Source: Eledone cirrhosa (taxonomy: Eukaryota). From it: a DNA stretch of 64,000 nt. The DNA is taken from assembly GCA_964016885.1 (NCBI GenBank), contig OZ024760.1, positions 3,720,001 through 3,784,000 on the forward strand. Direction: 5' to 3'. Positions 55,157-64,000 of the stretch are shown one piece after another (position 1 is the first letter of the stretch; each line of letters begins with the position of its first letter). A program made the translations under genes and the position numbers. The notes below the pieces were generated by a model that worked only from the letters and a program-made list of their open reading frames with translations, had not been told where the DNA came from and searched no databases.

Positions 55157-57356
55157 ATGGAATTCTTTAAGATTACTTCCTCTCTAAAAGACATACCTCT
55201 ACCTAGAAACAAAGACTTTGTAAAACAACTAATAGATAAATCTGACTCTTTTATAAGGAGAATCAGGTGGCGTGCATTCCACTTTGATAAATCTAATGCA
55301 GACGAAAATATCTCGGACTTAAACAAAGTTTTCAAATCTAAAAGAAATCCACCCCCTAACAAACTTTTATCTGACTTTGAAAACGATATAATTTCTATCA
55401 TACAAGGGGTCAAATTCAAGAGAAACTTTAAAGGCCAGGAATATCTGAAAGGCATTAAGGATAACATTGAGAGCTTAGAGAAAACTGAGAAGATCTTGGT
55501 GAAATCTGACAAGACCAACAACCTCTATGGAGTGCGGAAAGACATGTATAATGGCCTCATACTGAAAGAGCTGAGGAAAAAATACAAGGTAGCAGATAAG
55601 GCCGAACTTGAGAAAATGAATGTTGAAGCATCTTGTATAATGCATGAGTTGGAAATTGAGAACAGAACACAACCTTTCGTGCCCAGGAAACCGAAGATCA
55701 ATATGAAGGACCACAAGAGGAATTTTGAAAATGACCTGCCAGTTAGATTGATCGCACCTTCAAAATCGGACCTGGGCAAATTAAGCAAAAACATTCTTGA
55801 CAGGGTGATACTGCAAATTAAGAACTTGGATTGTGTATCTAACCTGAGCTTGTGGAAGGGAACTGGAGAGGTTGTTGAGTGGTTTAGGCAAATTAAATAT
55901 GACAATAATAATAGGTTTATTCAACTTGATATAGCTAACTATTATTCTTCTATTACCCCTAGTCTACTAAATAAGGCACTAAATTACGCATTCAAACATA
56001 CGGACCTAACTTATTATATTATCGGCTAGGAAAACTTTGATAGAATTTAATGACAAATTATGGACCAGAGCAGATAGAGATAGCAATTTTGACATAACTA
56101 TGGGATCTTCCGACTCAGCTCAGGTAACTGACCTTGTGGGCTTATTTTTAATCAATTCGCTACATAGGAAAATACCTGGTACTACCGGGGGTTTATATAG
56201 GGATGACATGCTTTTACTTATTAATAATAATAACCCTGAACTAAATAGAAAATGTAAACAAATTACAAAATTTTTTAATTACTTTAACCTTAAAATAGAA
56301 ATTGAGAACAACCATAGAATAGTCAATTTCCTAGATATAACATTAAATCTCAATACATGTCTCCACTATCCTTTTCACAAGTTGAATGAAAACTTAAACT
56401 ATGTCAACTTTAACTCTAACCACCCCAGATCTGTCAAAAACACTATAGTAAACTCAGTCCAAAAACGTATCTCTAGGATCTCGTCGAATAGAAAGATTTT
56501 TGACGAAAAGGCCCAATACTATAATGATGCACTAGCTAGGGCAGGGTATGCTGATAAGATTGTGTACATAGTTAATGATAGACAAACTAAACAAAGTAAC
56601 AACTTTTTTAATTACGGCAACAACATTAACAACTATAATAGAAAGCATTACAATAATTCCAAAGGACAAAAAAGAAATAGAACTAGGAACATAATTTGGT
56701 TTGCCCCCCCTTTCTCACTAAACATTAAAACCCACATCGCTAAATTATTTTTCAAAGCTCTTGATAATCGCTTCCCTAGAACACATAGGTATCACCCAAT
56801 CTTCAATAGGCATACAATTAAATTAACCTACTCATCCACCAAAAATTTAGCACAAAATATTAATAGAATAAATAATAAGAACTTAAAACCTACTGATAAT
56901 AGCATAAATAATATACAAGTTAACAAATGTAACTGTAGAGATAGATCTAAATGTCCGTTAAATAACAACTGCTTAGTTAAAAATATAGTATACAATTGTA
57001 ATGTTAATACTGACTCTAATTCTTTTAACTACGTCGGTTCCACATCGACGGAATTTAAACTTCGCTATAATAACCACAAGAATTCTTTCACAGATCCAAA
57101 TAAAAAATCTTCAACGGCACTATCAGGGGTACTCTGGCAACTTAAGCTAGATAACGTTAGATATTCGACGGCTTGGAATATAGTCTCAAGAGGGATTCCT
57201 TTTAATTCATCCTCTGAGACATGTGACCTCTGTGCAGAGGAGATATTCTTTATACTAAAATCTAAAAATTCCCTTAACCTACGGACAAATTTATTCAGTT
57301 GTTGCAAACATAGATTAAACTCAACGTTTAAATATAAATTTAAATTTAAAATGTAG
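55157..57356 (+). CDS. PLE reverse transcriptase plus GIY-YIG endonuclease, split by one frameshift near 56020-56037
   Basis: FIQLDIANYYSSI, MGSSDSAQVTDLVG, GLYRDDML, FLDI; CNCRDRSKC (CxCx5C); IVY..YVGST..FKLRYNNH; CDLCAEE; CCKH. Confidence 0.92.
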
Positions 57357-58367
57357 TATATTTAGTTTGATTTATATTTATATGAGAACTAGCCGATAAA
57401 TCTTTTGATTCCTAAATCCTTGATTCCCTCTTTTTACTCTTTTTATTGTTTATTTTATTTTATTTATTTTTATTTTTATCTAAACATTCCTCATGAAAAA
57501 TTAAGCTACCCTAAAAGCCGATGCTCCAAATTTTTTTGAATTAACCTTACACTAGATAAACTTCTATATTAAATATAGGAACATATGTAGACATTATTGG
57601 ACATCATAATCTTTTTGCGATATTCTTTGCTAGATGTGATTTGATAGATAATTTTTGGCTTTGTCTTGTAATGAACTTGGCAATATATTGTCAATTAACT
57701 TTGAAGGGTTGTTCTTTGTGGTTTATTTTTTATTTTCATTTTTATTTTTATTTTTATTTTTATTTTTATTTTTATTTTTATTCTTTTAGTATTGTAGTAT
57801 TCTATAATATTTTTATTTTTTATTTTATTTTTTAATTATTTTTAATATTTTTATATGTAAATTTTTAATACGTAATATTTTTTAATACGTAGTATTTTTG
57901 ATACACTTACTCAAAATGACCTCCCACTACCTAATTTTCTATATATATATATGTATCTATCTCTATTTCCTCTCTCTCTATATATATATATCTCTTTCTG
58001 TCTCTTTACATGAAGCTCTTCGCTTTATCTATTTTTCCATCTCTCTATTTTGTCCCATGCATTTCTTCTTTTTCTTCCTTTTCTTCGTCTTGTCTTTCTT
58101 TCTTTTTTTTCCCTCTTTTCTTTCTCTCTTTCTTTCTCTCTGTATTTTCACTGCTAGCGTAAACCTCTTCAAATGAAGTTGATGTTTATTACGGTATGTC
58201 GAATATATTTATCTATAAAACTGTTTATATTGTATTTTGTCTGATGAAGGCATAGCATATTGTTAATATGATATCCCCGAAATATATATAATGAAATAAA
58301 TATGGTTTTATAAATATAGTTTTCCATTTATTTAATATTGTATATATGTTTATATATATATATATAT

Positions 58368-58422
<55 letters not shown>

Positions 58423-58501
58423 TATATATATATATATATATATGTTTATATATATATATATATATATATATATGTTTATATATATATATATATATATATA
58501 T

Positions 58502-58578
<77 letters not shown>

Positions 58579-58615
58579 TATATATATATATGTTTATATA
58601 TATATATATATATAT

Positions 58616-58660
<45 letters not shown>

Positions 58661-58681
58661 TATATATATATATATATATAT

Positions 58682-58770
<89 letters not shown>

Positions 58771-58787
58771 TATATATATATATATAT

Positions 58788-58822
<35 letters not shown>

Positions 58823-58833
58823 TATATATATAC

Positions 58834-58876
<43 letters not shown>

Positions 58877-58891
58877 TATATATATATATAT

Positions 58892-58948
<57 letters not shown>

Positions 58949-59325
58949 TATATATGTGAATATAGACATAGAATATTCGAAAATATTCTGTATGTTTATA
59001 ATAAACATTTTGAAGACCTAATCGCTATAGAATAGAATACGTCACGTATTACAATTAGATTCTCGATAAAAGCAAGGGAAGTAAGTCTACGCGTTTCATT
59101 CTTGTTAGAATTCATCAGGACTACATATCCAGTGCTTTCATCTGGATATGTAGTCCTGATGAATTCTAACAAGAATGAAACGCGTAGACTTACTTCCCTT
59201 GCTTTTATCGAGAATCTAATTGTAATACGTGACGTATTCTATTCTATAGCGATTAGGTCTTCAAAATGTTTATTATAAACATACAGAATATTTTCGAATA
59301 TTCTATGTCTATATTCACATATATA
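58949..59325. repeat. Perfect inverted repeat, ~184-bp arms, 9-nt spacer, one HHR in each arm
   Basis: Centre ctacatatccag-tgctttcat-ctggatatgtag. Confidence 0.95.
59152..59190 (+). ncRNA. Minimal type-I HHR; mirror copy 59084-59122 (-)
   Basis: agtc CTGATGA attct-aaca-agaat GAAA cgcg TA gact. Confidence 0.88.
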
Positions 59326-59364
59326 TCGCTATTTCAGAGCATTTATTCCAATGTTTATATATAT

Positions 59365-59990
59365 ATGAACGGAAAAAAGGAAATGAAATTTCAGTTCCCA
59401 CTCTTAGTACGGCTGTTACTTAAATATAAGTATGTACACGTACATACATATATGTATATAGACGTACAGTAGTATGTATATATATATATATATATACATA
59501 CATGCACACATATACATATATGTACGTATGGATTCACCGAACATTTATTATAATGCTCGGTGTGTTTGTAAACAAACATCCCGTATGAAGCCGTAGTGTC
59601 TAGCAACCATCGTTGCTCGTTTGTTCAACACTGACAAAGGAACGCTGTACTAGTTTCAAGCTTATTAGCTATCATCAGCAACGTATACCTCCCTGCCAGA
59701 TTGTTGAACGTATATACTTACCTTATGCATATTAATGGCTGAGCAGCCCAATTTGCATATCGAGTGGGTTAATAAATGTTCGGTGAATCCATACGTACAT
59801 ATATGTATATGTGTGCATGTATGTATATATATATACATACTACTGTAGGTCTGTATACATATATGTATGTACGTGTACATACTTAAATTTAAGTAACAGC
59901 CGTACTAAGAGTGGGAAATGAAATTTCGTTTCATTTTTTCCGTTTATTGTTTTCGGTGCACCCGGCCGATTAACCCACTCGATATGCAAA
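59365..59990. mobile_element. Diverged homologue of the 467-bp unit with internal inversion; HHR at 59642-59684 (-)
   Basis: acgttg CTGATGA tagct-aata-agctt GAAA ctag TA cagcgt; 59365-59555 inverted at ~59770-59935. Confidence 0.85.
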
Positions 59991-61014
59991 TTGATATGAA
60001 AAATAAAGTTTTGAGTGGTATTGGCACGAGTTCAAATCTAACCAAGCAGTCTCATTTATCGCTAGAGATAAAGAAAAAAAATTGTTTTTTTTTTTCTTTA
60101 AAATATAAGGTGTTTGAAATATGAACCAGGAAATGTAGCTCTTCGTCTTACCACCAACCAGACCAGCCTAGAAAGACTTTAAAAATGTTATATATATATA
60201 TATATCAGACCTGTCAACTCTCCCTGACCGACAGGGAGATCTCCCACCCACTTTGGGGTGGGTGAGAGATGTCTTGTGAAAATGGGTATAGCTTTCGTTG
60301 TGTAAAATCTCCACATTTTGCCTCATTTCTCACTTTTTTTTTTTGGCCTTTATTGCTCGTGAATTCTTTCTTCGTTTCGGCAGCAAATCTCTCCACAGAG
60401 ATTCAGTTAGAATGTCTAAGGAAAGAATCACTCGAAGATTTTACAGACAGAACCAACCTGCAGGAGAGCTAGAAACAGACCACGATGAAGGTGTTTGGGT
60501 TGGATCACGTCCGATTGATCTTGCTTGAGATCCATGGGAGATGGTTGCTTCTGATAGAGGACTCCCTGGAAGGCATGTCTGAGGGCTCTTTCCCCACAAA
60601 CCCCCGAAGAAGAGCAGCTTCGGCAGTACTAAAATCGTCACAATACAGAGATGAACATGGAGTTTCTATCAATTCTTTTTCTACATAGCCAGGATGACCA
60701 CTTTCCTGATTGTATCAGGGTCCTGTCTTTTTTCCGACTTACTTTGGTTTTTTTCCAAGTTTACTTTGTCATTGAGTGTGTGAAGAATGGCACATATAAC
60801 TTATGAAAAAGTTATGGCAAATTATATTAATCCTCTAGCATTTAAACTGGCCATATCCGGCCAGAATTCTCTCACTGGGGTTGATTTAATCGACTTTCCC
60901 CTACCCCAAAATTGCTGGCCTTGTGCTTAAATCAGAAACCATTATTATTATTATATATTTATTTATGTCAGGCTAGACGTGATGAAGTTTGGTGACATGC
61001 CGAGGAGGTGGGTA

Positions 61015-61810
61015 TGAATGTTAGACAATTGCAGGAGTATTTAGCTAAGGGTAAGCTCCTGCACATTTGGAGAAGGCCCTTCGACAGAGACCCTCGCTCT
61101 GTAATCTGGTGGGCACTAAGGAATCTAGGTGTAGATGAATGGCTCACAAAGGCCGCGCAAGCCATGTATAGCCGTTTAGCATTTAAACCGGCCAGATTTC
61201 TCTCACCTCTTTCTGTTCAAACCGGCTGTAACCGGCCACTCATACTGATGTTAAGGTATTGAATATTATGTGAGGTAAAGCCTTTACCACAAAAATACAA
61301 TAGTATATATAGAATAATGTAAATGCTAAAGGGTTAAAGGAACAACTAATGAGGTGAGAGTTGGCAATGAGTACAGTGATGGTGGGGGCCTACCAGGACT
61401 CAGTCCATTTCTGTTTATCGTTGTTTTCCAGACTATAACAGAGGAGTTTAAGACATTCCTTATGAACACTGGATGATGATAATCTAGTCTTAGCTGAAAC
61501 CATGGAAGAGTTAGAGGCGGAATTTCAGACCTAGATTCGAAAGGCCTAAAAGTGAATTTAGCAACGGCTAAAGTACTGATATACTTATCAGTACTTTAGC
61601 CGTTGCTAAGGAAGAAGATAGGAATCTTATATCGTCATAGAAATGGCCTTGTTTGTAAAGTCGAAAAGGAGTGGACAGAAATTCCGTAAGGTGCACACAC
61701 TGAAATCTATGGACGCACAAAAGATGCAGTGGGATTAGAGAGACAGATTAATGGAGTAGGCAGTCTTTGTATGCAGCAGATGCACAGGACAAGTAAGCAC
61801 TAAGAGCATA
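61015..61810 (+). pseudogene. Old decayed RTE RT fragment interrupted by a MITE
   Basis: VRQLQEYLAKGK..FDRDPRSVIWWALRNLGVDEW..QAMY / VRVGNEYS..WPC..WTHKRCSGI. Confidence 0.75.
61168..61337. mobile_element. Possible piggyBac-type MITE; a second left end at ~60827
   Basis: tttagcattta..taaatgctaaagggttaa inverted ends; splits the RTE between QAMY and VRVGNEYS. Confidence 0.5.
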
Positions 61811-61865
61811 TGGGGAAGAATTACACACAATATTATTACTATAACGTTTGAGGGGAAAGGAAGTT

Positions 61866-61899
61866 TTCAATGTTTCGGACATTAGTCCTTCATCAGGAA
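61866..61899 (-). ncRNA. Isolated minimal HHR
   Basis: ttc CTGATGA a ggac-taat-gtcc GAAA ca TT gaa. Confidence 0.6.
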
Positions 61900-62030
61900 T
61901 GACTGAAGCTAGGAAGAAAAAGAGTAGGAAGGTTGTTAATCAGGAATGGAGCCGACAGGCATGTAGGGGGTGTATGTAGTCGTGACAGCGTCCGTTTCCC
62001 CCCTCTCTAATATATATATATATATATATT

Positions 62031-62132
<102 letters not shown>

Positions 62133-62287
62133 CATATATATACACACTCGCACACATATATACACACACACATATATATACACACTCGCACACATATATA
62201 TGCACACACACATATACATATACATACACATATACATGCACACATATACATACGAATGTAAGTATAGACATTTATAGATATAAATGC

Positions 62288-62318
<31 letters not shown>

Positions 62319-62353
62319 ATATAAGATCAAAAGATGGTTAAAAGAGTTCCATG

Positions 62354-62418
62354 TATTTTATGCATATTTCAAAAACAAATATCATGGGATGATATTTGCG
62401 TTCTCATCAGATAATATA
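62354..62418 (-). ncRNA. Type-I HHR, same family as 2208-2276
   Basis: tatattat CTGATGA gaacgcaaatatcat-ccc-atgatatttgttttt GAAA tatgca TA aaata. Confidence 0.65.
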
Positions 62419-63388
62419 GGGAGACATGATATGAAGCTTAAAAAACACTTGCGAGCAGTGAAGTGTTAAATCTCTCTATATATATACATATGTATCTACA
62501 TGCATCCATATACTATATAATATAGGGCTGGTTCTTTGTAGTACAGGGTAAGAGGTTGGTAGTTCCGAACACACACACACACACAAAGCTGGGAGCCTGT
62601 ACGTGGTGCCTATATATGCTAGAAATAACAGTCATGTGCCCTTCAAATCACAGCTACTTCCTGTCTTATGTTGTGAAATATATTTTTTTATGTTTTAATG
62701 ACAAGGTTCGACTATGCAGTCGTACAAACCGATAGAAACACGGGATGGTCACGGCTGGAACGCGTTTGACCATTGGGCTGCTCGATCAGGGATTGGACTA
62801 AGACTAACATCACAAACTTTACACTGAAGCGCACGTACACACGATCACCGACATGGAAAATACTGGAAATATTACCAAAATAATCTGGGATGGGTTTAAA
62901 GGTAATATATATATATATGCGTGTGTATATATATATATGCGTGTGTGTATATATATATGTGTATGTGTGTATACGTGTGTGTGTATATATATATAGTGAG
63001 AGAGAGAGACACGCACATATATATACACACACACACACACCTGGAAGAGAATATGCTTAACGCCAGCCCACTACATTTATGTAACTTATTTACGTAATAA
63101 CTTTGATCTTATACATATATGTGTGTGTGTGTGTGTGTGTATCGTGTGTCTGTGTCCTTGTCATTCTTACGTCACTTCTTTTATACACTCCTTCATATCA
63201 ATCTTACCACTACCACCACACCCCACCACTACCACTATTATGTTTCCAACTCAACACACGCACGCACATATACACACACACATACATACACACATACATG
63301 CATATGCATGGTAACGAGCGCAGAAACTTTTACAACTGGCACGTAAGCGAATGAGCATATATATGTGTGTGCGTGAGCGTTATTTGCC

Positions 63389-63430
<42 letters not shown>

Positions 63431-63441
63431 AGCGTTATTTG

Positions 63442-63481
<40 letters not shown>

Positions 63482-63637
63482 CGTTATTTGCCGGTGTGTG
63501 TGTGTGTGTGAGCGTTATTTGCCGGTCTCACAAGTTCAGTTCACGATATCAGAAAGGAGAGCTATGTACCATAGCTTGGTAAAGGCTTTTTATTTATTTT
63601 CGTCCAATTGGCTTCCTCAATGTTTTGCTTATACCTA

Positions 63638-63735
<98 letters not shown>

Positions 63736-64000
63736 TATACAGGTATGTGTTTGCGTGTGGTGTATATCAGTATATACACATGCGTGTACATGTATTGTTG
63801 TATATAGCATTGTTTGTAATCGCTTCCTGTATATATTTATTATGTATAATTATATTTCTTCCTGCATGTATGTATAATCTATGCTCTCTCTCTCTCTCAC
63901 TCTCTCTCTTATATATATATATATATATATATATTTAAGTATGCATATACATCTCATTCCATTATTTTAATTCTCACATACGCACATGCTATATATACAC

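Larger units (their letters stand above)
53197..58341 (+). mobile_element. Near-complete Hydra-like PLE with direct pseudo-LTRs and an upstream inverted pLTR fragment
   Basis: 54560-55020 matches 57899-58341; 53484-53990 matches 57398-57898; 53197-53480 is the reverse complement of ~54596-54874. Confidence 0.93.

Noticed and set aside
55157-57356. Naiad-type permuted or selenoprotein PLE
   Set aside because: Endonuclease is C-terminal, and no in-frame TGA occurs at cysteine positions
60206-60700. Host exon or hAT transposase remnant
   Set aside because: cagacctgtcaactctccc resembles a hAT end, but no matching TIR or recognisable uninterrupted ORF was found

Overview
Repeat-dense, AT-rich eukaryotic DNA with no confidently identifiable host gene. 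The mix of SINEs and LINEs suggests a coleoid cephalopod such as octopus; this is inference only. Most ORFs in the supplied track are translations of (TA)n, (TG)n or (TATG)n microsatellites. Real coding signal comes from retroelements. Four Penelope-like element (PLE) copies have YRDD RT and resemble the Hydra clade; three of them keep the CxCx5C-type linker and two the full C-terminal GIY-YIG domain (13.4k, 39.6-42.0k, 50.4-52.8k, and a near-complete one at 53.2-58.3k). One is a Neptune/Nematis-type PLE (32.2-34.7k). There are also several RTE-type LINE fragments, a ~610-bp bipartite non-autonomous RTE derivative (4 copies), tRNA-derived SINEs and two minisatellites. The main hidden signal is about 25 type-I hammerhead ribozyme (HHR) motifs from about nine sequence families, found by eye on both strands. 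They include a 467-bp tandem array with one HHR per unit (retrozyme-like, with covarying homologues elsewhere in the window) and a two-copy extended HHR with a non-canonical CAGAAGA core. Palindromes and inversions break at HHR stem II, and a small GCTC..GAGC hairpin recurs downstream of HHRs, lying just before the PLE start codon where one is present. All structures were paired manually; nothing was computed or searched.
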